Virus record (IMG/VR): IMGVR_UViG_3300032324_000422
Location: 1-31,067 of that record
Length of the DNA stretch: 31,067 nt
DNA from: a virus
Taxonomy: Duplodnaviria > Caudoviricetes
Direction: 5' to 3' (one strand)
Positions 14,736 through 23,737 of the stretch are shown piece after piece. Position 1 is the first letter of the stretch, and the number at the start of each line of letters is the position of its first letter. Under the pieces are notes generated by a model that saw nothing but the letters and a program-made list of their open reading frames with translations, ran no database searches and was not told the origin of the DNA. The position numbers and the translations under genes are program-made.

Positions 14736-17120
14736 ATGATAGTTACTATTTATAGAAAATCAAACGATACTTCAAATGGATTTTATAAAGATGTATTGTT
14801 TTGTCTTGAAAGAATAAGACAAGGTAAATCAAAAGAAATGGTTGAGTGGTTACGAACTTTGCCAAAAATAGATTATGATAAAAATAAAAATCAACTGCCT
14901 GGAGTTTGTTTTAATGGTATTTTTAATTATAGATCAAAGGCAGGAATAAAAGAACATTCAGGTCTTATAATTTTAGATTTTGATAAATTTGAAACTTCCC
15001 AAGATGCGATTGATTTTAGAAATTCAATATCTGATGACGATTATATTTTTAGCTGTTGGATTTCCCCAAGTGGAAAAGGTGTAAAAGCTTTGGTTAAAAT
15101 TCCTAAAGACATAGAAAATCATACTTTATATTTTAATTCTTTGCGTGAATATTATAACCATCCTAAATGGGATAATAGTGGTTCAGACATAAGTAGGTTT
15201 TGTTTTGAAAGTTATGATCCGGATTTATTTATTAATAAAGATTCTAAAACATGGGAAAAAATAGAAATTCCGGAAGTTGAAGATTTAGGAAAAAAAACAG
15301 TTTCAATTTCTATAAAATCAGACAATATTATTATAAATAATCTTTTAAAATGGTTTGAAAAAAAGTACAACCCAAATGAAAGAAATAAAAGCATTTTTAA
15401 ATTAGCATCCGCTTTAAATGATTTTGGAATTGATAAAAATGTAGCTGAACAAACTCTATATCAATTTGAACAAGAAGATTTTGACAGGAAGGAAATTTTA
15501 ACAACTTTAAACTCTGCATATAAAAAAACTGCCAATTTTAGAACTAAATTTTTTGAGGATAAATTAGTTAAAGAAAAAATAGAGAAACAAATAAGAAGTG
15601 GTAAGAATAAAAAAGAAGTAATTGAAAACTACTCTGAATACAAAAAAGAAGAAATTGAGAGCTGTATTGACGATATAAAAGAGGAATTATCCGTTTCAGA
15701 CTTTTGGTATTATAATGACAAAGGAAGGATAAATTTAAGTCCACATAAATATAAATTTTGGCTTCAACAAAATAATTTTTTTAAATACTTCCCAACTGAT
15801 GCCAATACTTTTACATTTATTAAAATTGAACAAAATTTAGTTGAGGAAACAAGTGAAAAGAAAATAAAAGATTTTGTTCTTAACCATTTATTAAGTCGTG
15901 AAGATGTAGGCTTTCAACCTTATGATTTTATGTCATCAAATAATAAATATTTTCAGTCTGATTTTTTAAGTTTTTTAGAAAGTTCAGAAATAAATATAAA
16001 AGAAGATACACAAACTGAATGTTTTTTATATTTCAATAATTGTGTTGTCAAAGTAACATCTGAAAATATTGAAACTATTGATTATTTAGATTTAGATGGA
16101 TTTGTTTGGAAAAGACAAATTATAAATAGAGAGTATCAAAAATACGACCATCATGATGCTGTTTTTAGAAAGTTTTTATGGTTGATATCCGGTAAAAATG
16201 TAGAAAAGTATAATTCTTTTAAATCTGTAATAGGTTACCTTTTACATTCATTTAAAACATCAGCAAATAACAAAGCAATTATTTTTAATGATGAAACAAT
16301 AAGCGAAAATCCTAATGGCGGAAGCGGAAAAGGTTTGTTTTGGAATGCATTAAGTCAAACTAAAAAAGTAAGCAGTATTGATGGGAAAACATTTGAATTT
16401 ACCAAAAGTTTTCCTTATCAAACTGTAAGCACAGATACACAAATATTGGTTTTTGATGATGTGAAAAAGAACTTTAATTTTGAAAGTTTGTTTAGTTTAA
16501 TTACGGAAGGAATAACGCTTGAGTACAAAGGCCAGGATGCTATTAAATTACCAGTTCAAAAAAGTCCTAAAATTTTAATAACTACAAATTATACTATTGG
16601 AGGTGTTGGCGGATCATTTGAAAGAAGAAAATTTGAAGTTGAAATGTCAGACTATTTTAGTTATAAGCATACGCCTTTAGATGAATTTGGCCATTTGCTT
16701 TTTGATGATTGGGATAATAATGAATGGTTAATGTTTGATAATTTTATGATTAATTGTGTTCAATTTTATTTACAAAACGGATTAACTAAACACGACTTTA
16801 AAAATTTAGAAGTTCGTAAATTCATTAAAAATACTTCTTTTGAATTTTATGAGTGGTCTAAACCAAATAATGAAGGTAAAAATGAGAATATTGAATTTAA
16901 TACACGATGCATAAAACAAACTTATTATGATAGCTTTATAAACGAATATCCCGATTTTAAAACTTATAAGTTAAGTCAAAAAAGATTCACCCAATGGCTT
17001 GATCACTATTGCAAATTTTATGGTCATACTTATTTAACAGGAAACTCCAATGGTCAAAGATGGTTTGAGATAAAAAATGATAATGCTCCAATTATTGATG
17101 ATAATGATATAATGTTTTAA
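14736..17120 (+). CDS. DNA primase-helicase (BT4734/VirE-N-like N-terminus, PriCT-like domain, SF3 helicase)
   Basis: 'HSGLIILDFD', 'ISPSGKGVK', 'DISRFCFESYDP'; 'ERNKSIFKLA'; Walker A GGSGKG, Walker B VFDD, motif C ITTN. Confidence 0.87.
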   Translation: MIVTIYRKSNDTSNGFYKDVLFCLERIRQGKSKEMVEWLRTLPKIDYDKNKNQLPGVCFNGIFNYRSKAGIKEHSGLIILDFDKFETSQDAIDFRNSISDDDYIFSCWISPSGKGVKALVKIPKDIENHTLYFNSLREYYNHPKWDNSGSDISRFCFESYDPDLFINKDSKTWEKIEIPEVEDLGKKTVSISIKSDNIIINNLLKWFEKKYNPNERNKSIFKLASALNDFGIDKNVAEQTLYQFEQEDFDRKEILTTLNSAYKKTANFRTKFFEDKLVKEKIEKQIRSGKNKKEVIENYSEYKKEEIESCIDDIKEELSVSDFWYYNDKGRINLSPHKYKFWLQQNNFFKYFPTDANTFTFIKIEQNLVEETSEKKIKDFVLNHLLSREDVGFQPYDFMSSNNKYFQSDFLSFLESSEINIKEDTQTECFLYFNNCVVKVTSENIETIDYLDLDGFVWKRQIINREYQKYDHHDAVFRKFLWLISGKNVEKYNSFKSVIGYLLHSFKTSANNKAIIFNDETISENPNGGSGKGLFWNALSQTKKVSSIDGKTFEFTKSFPYQTVSTDTQILVFDDVKKNFNFESLFSLITEGITLEYKGQDAIKLPVQKSPKILITTNYTIGGVGGSFERRKFEVEMSDYFSYKHTPLDEFGHLLFDDWDNNEWLMFDNFMINCVQFYLQNGLTKHDFKNLEVRKFIKNTSFEFYEWSKPNNEGKNENIEFNTRCIKQTYYDSFINEYPDFKTYKLSQKRFTQWLDHYCKFYGHTYLTGNSNGQRWFEIKNDNAPIIDDNDIMF

Positions 17121-17122
17121 TT

Positions 17123-18397
17123 ATGGAATTAAGGAACTATCAAATAAGACTTTCAAAAGAAGCTGCTGAAATATTACAACGAAAAAAGATTGTGTACCTG
17201 GCGATGGAAGTTAGAACCGGTAAAACAATTACAGCTTTGCAAACTGCTGAAAATTATGGTGCTAAAAATATTCTATTCCTAACCAAGTTAAAAGCTTTTA
17301 GTTCAGTGCAATCTGATTATGACAATGTTGGTTTTAGTTTTAAATTAACTATTGCAAATGATGAAAGTTTACATAAAATTTCATGCAATTTTGATTTAGT
17401 CATTCACGATGAACATCACCGATTTGGTGCATTTCCTAAACCAAATGCAACTGCGAAACTATTCAAAAAAATGTACGGAAATTTGCCGATGATTTTTTTA
17501 TCAGGCACTCCAACTGCCGAAAGTTACAGCCAATGGTATCATCAGTTTTGGGTGAGCGATTATAGTCCATTTGAGCAACCAACTTTTTATAAATGGGCAA
17601 ATGATTACGTGAACATAAAAGTGAAGCATTTAGGCTATGCAAAAGTAAATGATTACACAGATGCAAGGAAAAAAGACTTTTGGCATTTAATACGATATTA
17701 CATTCTAACTTTTACGCAAGTTGAAGCGGGATTTAGTACGCAAGTTAATGAAAATGTACTCTATTGCGAGATGGATGCGATTACTTATAAGATAATTAAA
17801 AGGTTAAAAAAAGATTTAGTAGTACAAAATAAAGAAGGTCAATTGATATTAGCTGATACTTCGGTAAAGTTACAGCAGAAATTGCATCAGCTTTATAGTG
17901 GAACTTGCAAGTTTGAGGATGGCACGAGTAAAGTAATTGACTTCAGTAAGGCAATGTTTATCGATAATCATTTTAAAGGTCAAAAAATAGCCATATTTTA
18001 CAAATTTGTCGAGGAGTTTAATGCACTCAAAAACATTTTTGGCAATAGATTGACAAACAATTTAGAAGAGTTTAACACAACCGATAAAAATATCGCTTTG
18101 CAAATAGTAAGTGGCCGGGAAGGTATTACTTTGGCAAAAGCTAAATATTTGGTTTACTATAATATTGATTTTAGTGCTGTAAGTTATTGGCAGTCCAGGG
18201 ATCGTTTAACCACAATGGATAGGAAAGTCAATGATGTTTATTGGATATTTAGCAAAGATGGAATTGAAAGCAAAATTTACGCTTCAGTAATTAAGAAAAA
18301 AGACTATAACAATGAAACATTTAAACGAGATTTCGGAACAAAAAATCCAAACAAAAATAATCAACCGACTCACAAAAGAGGGATGGCTTTGCGTTAA
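17123..18397 (+). CDS. Superfamily 2 (SNF2/DEAD-like) helicase
   Basis: Q-motif LRNYQ, Walker A RTGKT, DEHH, LSGTP, SGREGITL, QSRDR. Confidence 0.88.
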   Translation: MELRNYQIRLSKEAAEILQRKKIVYLAMEVRTGKTITALQTAENYGAKNILFLTKLKAFSSVQSDYDNVGFSFKLTIANDESLHKISCNFDLVIHDEHHRFGAFPKPNATAKLFKKMYGNLPMIFLSGTPTAESYSQWYHQFWVSDYSPFEQPTFYKWANDYVNIKVKHLGYAKVNDYTDARKKDFWHLIRYYILTFTQVEAGFSTQVNENVLYCEMDAITYKIIKRLKKDLVVQNKEGQLILADTSVKLQQKLHQLYSGTCKFEDGTSKVIDFSKAMFIDNHFKGQKIAIFYKFVEEFNALKNIFGNRLTNNLEEFNTTDKNIALQIVSGREGITLAKAKYLVYYNIDFSAVSYWQSRDRLTTMDRKVNDVYWIFSKDGIESKIYASVIKKKDYNNETFKRDFGTKNPNKNNQPTHKRGMALR

Positions 18398-18584
18398 ATT
18401 GATTAAGACATCAAAGAACGGAATCCCGGATTTGATGTGCCTAAAAGATGGCATAACAATGTTCATTGAAGTTAAAAGGCCAAATGGAAAATTAAGCGAA
18501 TTGCAAAAAATAAGAATTAAGCAATTACAAGATTTAGGCTTTGATTGTAAAATTTGGGTTGATTATGATGTAAATTATAATTAA
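18312..18584 (+). CDS. VRR-NUC domain nuclease
   Basis: 'EQKIQ...GIPDL...FIEVKRPNGKLSELQ' PD-(D/E)xK motif. Confidence 0.9.
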   Translation: MKHLNEISEQKIQTKIINRLTKEGWLCVKLIKTSKNGIPDLMCLKDGITMFIEVKRPNGKLSELQKIRIKQLQDLGFDCKIWVDYDVNYN

Positions 18585-18589
18585 TTGTT

Positions 18590-18597
18590 TATATTTG
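18590..18597 (+). promoter_or_regulatory. -7 promoter element TATATTTG
   Basis: Consensus match 4 nt before RNA copy 3. Confidence 0.7.
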
Positions 18598-18601
18598 CCG
18601 A

Positions 18602-18686
18602 TGTAGAGTCGTAGCTACAATTAAAAATTTGTTTAATTCCCGCATTGATAAAGACTACGACCTTTTGATTTGCGGGTTTTTAATTT
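18602..18686 (+). ncRNA. Putative kissing-loop leader/small RNA, copy 3
   Basis: TGTAG-agtcgtag-CTACA; CCCGCA...AAAG-actacgac-CTTT...TGCGGG followed by a U-tract; loops GTCGTAG/CTACGAC are complementary. Confidence 0.65.
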
Positions 18687-18693
18687 AAAAAAT

Positions 18694-18933
18694 ATGAATA
18701 CAATATCAGTACAGAGATTTAAAATTGACATTAACCACTTTGAAACTCAAATTTCAAAAAGTGGCAGACCATTTAGGTTGAGTGGTGTTCAAATCGTAAG
18801 AACTAAACCGGCACAATGGGTGAATAAAATGCTATTGCATGGCACGATTTACAGCTTTCGATATTTGGATGAGCAAGATGGTTTTTTTGCTTTTGAGTTT
18901 GATCCGTTTAACAATTTTATTTCAAAAATATGA
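18694..18933 (+). CDS. Hypothetical protein (79 aa, MNTISVQ...)
   Basis: ATG at 18694 with A-rich leader preferred over the track's TTG, which lies inside the hairpin. Confidence 0.7.
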   Translation: MNTISVQRFKIDINHFETQISKSGRPFRLSGVQIVRTKPAQWVNKMLLHGTIYSFRYLDEQDGFFAFEFDPFNNFISKI

Positions 18934-19013
18934 TTTACACAGTTAGAAATATAGCAGAGTTTTGCGATGTCGATTACGGATTTATAAACAGGCTGTCATG
19001 GTATGTTCTTTGA
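18930..19013 (+). pseudogene. Probable truncated phage gene (HTH-like N-terminus MIYTVRNIAEFCDVDYGFINR)
   Basis: ATGA-coupled start; runs into uvrA antisense sequence at ~18990 and stops a few codons later. Confidence 0.55.
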
Positions 19014-20769
19014 GCAATTCGGCGGGAGTTCCTTTGCTGATGATTTCACCACCAAATTTTCCGGCTTTAGGACCAATATCAATAACATAATCAGCTCGTT
19101 CTATCATGTCTTTGTCGTGCTCTACCACCAAAATCGAATTCCCAATATCGCGCAGTTGTTCTAATGAATGAATTAGTTTTTCGTTGTCTCTTTGGTGTAG
19201 TCCAATACTCGGCTCATCTAAAATATATAATACACCAACCAATTGTGAACCAATTTGTGTTGCCAATCGAATACGTTGTGCTTCTCCGCCGGAAAGCGAT
19301 TTGGAACTTCGGTTTATTGATAAATAATTTAGACCAACATTTACCAAAAAGCGCAAACGATCTTTAATTTCTTTTACGATTTCTGTCGCGATGATTTTTT
19401 GCTTTTCATTCAGATAATTATCCAAATCCTCAAACCATGCTGATAATTCCGAAATATCCATAGTCGATAAATCAAAAATATTTTTCTCGTGAATACGGAA
19501 ATACATGGCTTCTTTTTTCAAACGTGAACCTTGGCATTCGGTACAAGTTACTTCGTCCATAAACTCTTTCGCCCAACGTTTTATGGAAGTCGATTGACTT
19601 TCGTCGTATTGGTTTTTAATGAAATGAGATATGCCTTCGAATTCAATTTTGTATTCTTTAGTAATACCTAATGTTTTTGATTCTACTGAGAATTTTTCCT
19701 TACCACCATGTAAAATAACTTCCATGGCATCTTCTGATATAGTTTCTACTGAGTCAGCTAATGTGAAGCCGAACTTTTCTCCAATGATTTCCAATTGTTT
19801 GAAAATCCAGGAACTTTTGTATTCGCCAAGAGGAGCAAAGCCACCATTTTTGATAGATAATTTCGGATTTGGAATTATTTTTTTTAGATTGATTTCGTGC
19901 ACTGTTCCTAATCCTTTACAAACTTCACAGGCGCCTTTAGGTGAATTGAACGAAAATAAATTTGGCTCCGGATTTTGATAGGATATTCCAGATGTTGGGC
20001 ACATTAAATTCCGACTGAAATAACGCACTTCATTGGTGTCCTGATCTAAAATCATCAATACATTTTCGCCATGATACATAGCAGTTTTGATGCTTTCGGT
20101 TAGGCGTTTTTCGTTCTCCTCACTATTCTCAATTACCATTCTATCGATAACAATTTCAATATCGTGGGTTTTGTAACGATCGAGTTTCATTCCGGGAAGC
20201 AAATCCTGAACTTCACCATTGACACGCACTTTTAGAAAACCTTGTTTGGTAATTTGTTGGAACAATTCGGCATAATGGCCTTTTCGGGCACGAATAATTG
20301 GCGCTAAAATATTGATGCGTTTTCCAATAAAATTTTTGATAATCAATTCCTTAATTTGCTCATCTAAATAGGAAACCATTTTTTCGCCGGTCACATAACT
20401 GTAAGCTTCACCGGCACGAGCATATAACAAACGCAGGAAATCATATATTTCGGTTATTGTCCCAACGGTGGAACGCGGACTTTTACTTGTGGTTTTTTGT
20501 TCTATAGCAATTACAGGAGACAATCCGTCAATTTTATCTACATCTGGGCGTTCCAATCCGCCAAGAAATTGACGTGCATAAGCTGAAAAAGTTTCGATAT
20601 AACGGCGTTGTCCTTCTGCATAAATGGTATCAAAAGCTAAAGACGATTTTCCCGAACCCGAAAGCCCAGTAATAACGACCAGTTTTTCCCTGGGTATTGA
20701 TATGTCAATATTCTTTAAATTGTGCACACGTGCACCAAGAACTTCAATCGTATTTTCAGTATTTAGCAT
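18982..20769 (-). pseudogene. uvrA: Excinuclease ABC subunit A, 3'-truncated (first ABC ATPase half only, ~595 aa), bacterial origin
   Basis: [68 protein letters not shown]; ends at HTMTACL* without the second ATPase domain; likely start ATG at 20769. Confidence 0.95.
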
Positions 20770-20787
20770 AACATTTTTTGCAAAACG

Positions 20788-20795
20788 CAAAGGTA
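20788..20795 (-). promoter_or_regulatory. uvrA -7 promoter element (TACCTTTG)
   Basis: caaaggta on + strand, 18 nt upstream of the uvrA ATG. Confidence 0.6.
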
Positions 20796-20810
20796 GTGTT
20801 TTGGCTTTAA

Positions 20811-20909
20811 AAATTTAGAAAAGTCTATGAATTTAAAGGAATTGTTTTAGACTTTTTAGATAATGATATTACTATTGAATTAAATGACTCAACCTTTAGC
20901 CTTTATTAA
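20811..20909 (+). pseudogene. Start-less 3' remnant of a phage gene (...LDFLDNDITIELNDSTFSLY*)
   Basis: Open frame without ATG ending in TAA 1 nt before the ATG at 20911, matching the tight packing elsewhere in the operon. Confidence 0.4.
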
Positions 20910-20910
20910 T

Positions 20911-21105
20911 ATGAATCAGCACAAAATGTATAGATGTATGAGGCTTATGCAATTCCTCCAGGACAAGCCAAGAAATATGTACACAATTGAAAGGTATTTG
21001 AGTGTAAGTAATAGAACAGTTTACCGGTATCTAAAACTTTATGAAGCACTTGGATATATTGTAAAAAAAGACAAATTTAATAAAGTTGAACTAATAAAAC
21101 CATAA
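20911..21105 (+). CDS. Winged HTH DNA-binding protein (64 aa)
   Basis: 'RLMQFLQ...IERYLSVSNRTVYRYLKLYEALGY' HTH_11/DeoR-like pattern. Confidence 0.8.
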   Translation: MNQHKMYRCMRLMQFLQDKPRNMYTIERYLSVSNRTVYRYLKLYEALGYIVKKDKFNKVELIKP

Positions 21106-21107
21106 CT

Positions 21108-21350
21108 ATGAACTACCTATTATCAAAAGAGCATTTTTTAGCTTACGAACAGACTAAAGAAGATTATAAAAATTTAATTTGCCATTATGCAGATTTTAAA
21201 CTTTATCGCAAAGGAACTGCACAAAAAGACAAAGCAAAGAACAACTGCCATAAGTATTTAATATCAATTATCGTAAATAAAAACGTATTAGGAATTGATA
21301 CTACTGCTGATGAATTAATGTTGGATGAATTGTTTGAAAGGATTAAATAA
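21108..21350 (+). CDS. Hypothetical protein
   Basis: 80 aa, last gene of the plus-strand operon. Confidence 0.7.
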   Translation: MNYLLSKEHFLAYEQTKEDYKNLICHYADFKLYRKGTAQKDKAKNNCHKYLISIIVNKNVLGIDTTADELMLDELFERIK

Positions 21351-21382
21351 AAAAAAGGTAGGCGCTTGGCGACTACCTTTTT
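21349..21382. terminator. Bidirectional intrinsic terminator
   Basis: aaaaaggtag-gcgcttggcga-ctaccttttt between convergent operons. Confidence 0.85.
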
Positions 21383-21417
21383 CAACTTTAACTCAAAACT
21401 ATTATGAAGCTTCAAAT

Positions 21418-21927
21418 TTAAACAAAAAAGTTTAATTTATCTTTATATTTTTTGTATAAAATGTAAATAGGTATTAAAAGCAAAAACCAAAGCAGCCACC
21501 AATAAGAGTCTTTTCGTTCAGTTTGTTTTACTTTAACTACTTTGTTGGATTTAACTATCTTTAAATTGCTTTTTTGTGCGTTGTGTTGGACTTTTACATC
21601 TTTTACGATACTTATATTGTTTTTCTTTTTTGAACGCTTTATTTTAGCGTTTTTGTACGTTATTCCATTTACAACCATAGGAATTGTATCAGATACCGGA
21701 CTTATCTCAATTTCATCACTTGTTGAAGTATCAACTATTTTAGTGTTGTCTGTAACTTTAGTTTCAGTTTTAGCTTCAGTTTTAACCTCTGTTTTCTCTG
21801 ATTCTTTTGTTTCTGACTTTTGCACCTTTCGTGATCCACAAGATGTAAAAAATATTGCAAAAAATAAAGCTAATATAATAGCTACTAAAATTATATTATT
21901 TTCGTTTTCGTGATTGTTTGCTGTCAT
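21418..21927 (-). CDS. Putative unimolecular spanin (lipoprotein with C-terminal TM helix)
   Basis: Start MTANN at 21927; signal peptide with lipobox FTS-C; C-terminal YWWLLWFLLLIPIYILY followed by a basic tail. Confidence 0.7.
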   Translation of the reverse strand: MTANNHENENNIILVAIILALFFAIFFTSCGSRKVQKSETKESEKTEVKTEAKTETKVTDNTKIVDTSTSDEIEISPVSDTIPMVVNGITYKNAKIKRSKKKNNISIVKDVKVQHNAQKSNLKIVKSNKVVKVKQTERKDSYWWLLWFLLLIPIYILYKKYKDKLNFFV

Positions 21928-22016
21928 TCTGTATTTTTTTTTATTAAGTAATACCAAAGCCAAATTAATTTTTCTCTTATAAATTCGTAAGCTACTAATA
22001 TTAATATATATTTCAT
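21924..22016 (-). CDS. Small hydrophobic peptide (30 aa, MKYILILVAYEFIREKLIWLWYYLIKKNTE)
   Basis: ATGA overlaps at both ends; missed by the ORF track. Confidence 0.55.
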   Translation of the reverse strand: MKYILILVAYEFIREKLIWLWYYLIKKNTE

Positions 22017-22198
22017 ATATTGTATTGTTTTAATTTCTCCAAATATAAAATAAAATCCATCGCCTCTTGTTGAGCGTGATTAATCCACTCCAGACAAGTT
22101 AAATCCTCTCTGTCTAGTGTTGTGTTGTATTTTTTAATTCCAACCTCTGACCGCTCTTTAAATTGGTTTATTACTGATTCTACTATTGTGTCTTTCAT
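22013..22198 (-). CDS. Small all-alpha protein, possibly MazG/dNTP-pyrophosphatase-like
   Basis: 'G.KKY.TTL...W..HAQQEAMD.ILY' motif; functional call tentative. Confidence 0.5.
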   Translation of the reverse strand: MKDTIVESVINQFKERSEVGIKKYNTTLDREDLTCLEWINHAQQEAMDFILYLEKLKQYNI

Positions 22199-22307
22199 AG
22201 TGTAAATTCAAAATTATATATAGTGCAAATTAAAAATTAATTACTTTTTATGTCTATTTAAACCCTAAAAATTAAGGTTTATCTTTAAACGATTAGTAAC
22301 TTATAAG

Positions 22308-22559
22308 TTACGCATCTTGTACGCATTTTGGATAAGTACAATAGTTTAAATTGCATATTTCTCCCTCTCTTTTAACTCCTTTAAGTTTGCACTTGTTTGA
22401 GTCTTTGTCGTTAGGCCAAAACATATTACAATTATCCTCGTCAGGCTCTCTATTAAATACTCCATAAGATTGATAAACTAAACTTGCCGGAGCGGTAAAC
22501 CTATGGCAGTACTCTTTACTTGGACATAAACTATCGTTACATTTTGCAAAATCAGCCAT
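22308..22559 (-). CDS. Cys-rich hypothetical protein
   Basis: 83 aa with 8 Cys in two clusters, possibly metal-binding. Confidence 0.65.
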   Translation of the reverse strand: MADFAKCNDSLCPSKEYCHRFTAPASLVYQSYGVFNREPDEDNCNMFWPNDKDSNKCKLKGVKREGEICNLNYCTYPKCVQDA

Positions 22560-22692
22560 TTTTTTGTTTTAATAATTCTCTATAAATAGCATTTGTTTTT
22601 TCGCAATTTTGACCTCGTAAATATTGTCGAAGCATTTTATTAGCTACTTTCTCAATTCGCGAATCAAGATCAGGCACAACTTTGTTTTCCAT
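22552..22692 (-). CDS. Hypothetical protein (46 aa, MENKVVPDLDSRIEK...)
   Basis: TAATG overlap with the upstream gene and overlap with the downstream start; missed by the ORF track. Confidence 0.6.
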   Translation of the reverse strand: MENKVVPDLDSRIEKVANKMLRQYLRGQNCEKTNAIYRELLKQKNG

Positions 22693-23717
22693 TACACAAT
22701 TTTATAATCGATTATTCTAATATTCTTTAATTCATAATTCCCATCCTGGAAAACTTTAACGTGAGCAAATCCATGATTATATTGGTTATAAGGCGAATAT
22801 TCAGGCTCTAAACCGCAAAGGCATCCAGTAGGCCAATTTGTCATAACTTCACCGCTTAAACTCTTTTCTGTATGTTCTGATGTTCTATGGTGATGACCTA
22901 CTATTGCACTTTGTTTAGCTTTCATAAATAAACCCCTTGCAGGATTAACAGGAGGTGCAAATCCCCCAAACCATTCGTGGCCATGAAGTATTGGAAGTTT
23001 ACCAGCTAAAGCCATTTGCTTATCCTTAACCAATGTAACTCCAAACTCCCTAAATCTTAAAAGTTGTTCAAGTTTAAAATCATCAATTCCCAATAACTCC
23101 GGAGCTTTAATCATTAAATAATCCTCATACCTTTTTTCGTGATTTCCAATTTTATAATAGATAGGGCATTTAAATAAATCTTGCATCATTTTTAGAAAAA
23201 CCCTAACCATTTCTAACTCACCCGCCATATCCCTCAATCGTCTGTCTTTTGTAAATAGACTACATTGGTAAAAGTCTGCAATATCACCGTTTAAATAGAT
23301 TGTATTGACTTTGTTTTCTATTCCGTAATTAATGGCCAATTTAAGAGCCTTATTGTCTTGATAAGGAAAATGTATATCACTTAAAAGTAAAATATTATTT
23401 TGGCCTTTTGGAATTATAAACGGTTCGCACTTTTCGTAATCACTATCCGGTAAATCAATTTTTTTACTCATACATTGTTTTTTTTGAGTTTCAGAACGTT
23501 CACCGGCTTGGGAAATAGGCGAACTATTTTTACCATTTTCACCTCTGTATCTTCTTACGTTTGACCTTATTCCATCAAGTGAACTAAAATCTAATTTATG
23601 TTTTTCATAAATTAATCGTGAAATGGCCATTGTAGTTGCGTTTGGGAACTGATTTATAAAAGATAAAACAATATCTTTTTTGTAAGTTGCAGCGTTTTGA
23701 TTTCCTTTTATGCTCAT
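22692..23717 (-). CDS. Calcineurin-like metallophosphoesterase with N-terminal HTH-like extension
   Basis: SDIH, GDIAD, GNHE, HGHE and GHHH motifs. Confidence 0.88.
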   Translation of the reverse strand: MSIKGNQNAATYKKDIVLSFINQFPNATTMAISRLIYEKHKLDFSSLDGIRSNVRRYRGENGKNSSPISQAGERSETQKKQCMSKKIDLPDSDYEKCEPFIIPKGQNNILLLSDIHFPYQDNKALKLAINYGIENKVNTIYLNGDIADFYQCSLFTKDRRLRDMAGELEMVRVFLKMMQDLFKCPIYYKIGNHEKRYEDYLMIKAPELLGIDDFKLEQLLRFREFGVTLVKDKQMALAGKLPILHGHEWFGGFAPPVNPARGLFMKAKQSAIVGHHHRTSEHTEKSLSGEVMTNWPTGCLCGLEPEYSPYNQYNHGFAHVKVFQDGNYELKNIRIIDYKIV

Positions 23718-23737
23718 AAGTTTATAGTTTGGTTATT

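Noticed and set aside
11967-18466. Minus-strand ORFs at 11967, 12169, 12750, 13705, 15212, 17463 and 18284
   Set aside because: Antisense shadows of tightly coupled plus-strand genes.
18982-20790. uvrA as a functional phage auxiliary repair gene, with TTG start at 20790
   Set aside because: Lacks the whole second ATPase domain and disrupts neighbouring genes; the TTG lies within the promoter element, and ATG 20769 fits better.
19164-21913. ORFs 19164, 19631, 20624, 21203 and 21542
   Set aside because: Antisense to uvrA, the 21108 ORF or the spanin-like gene; no independent support.
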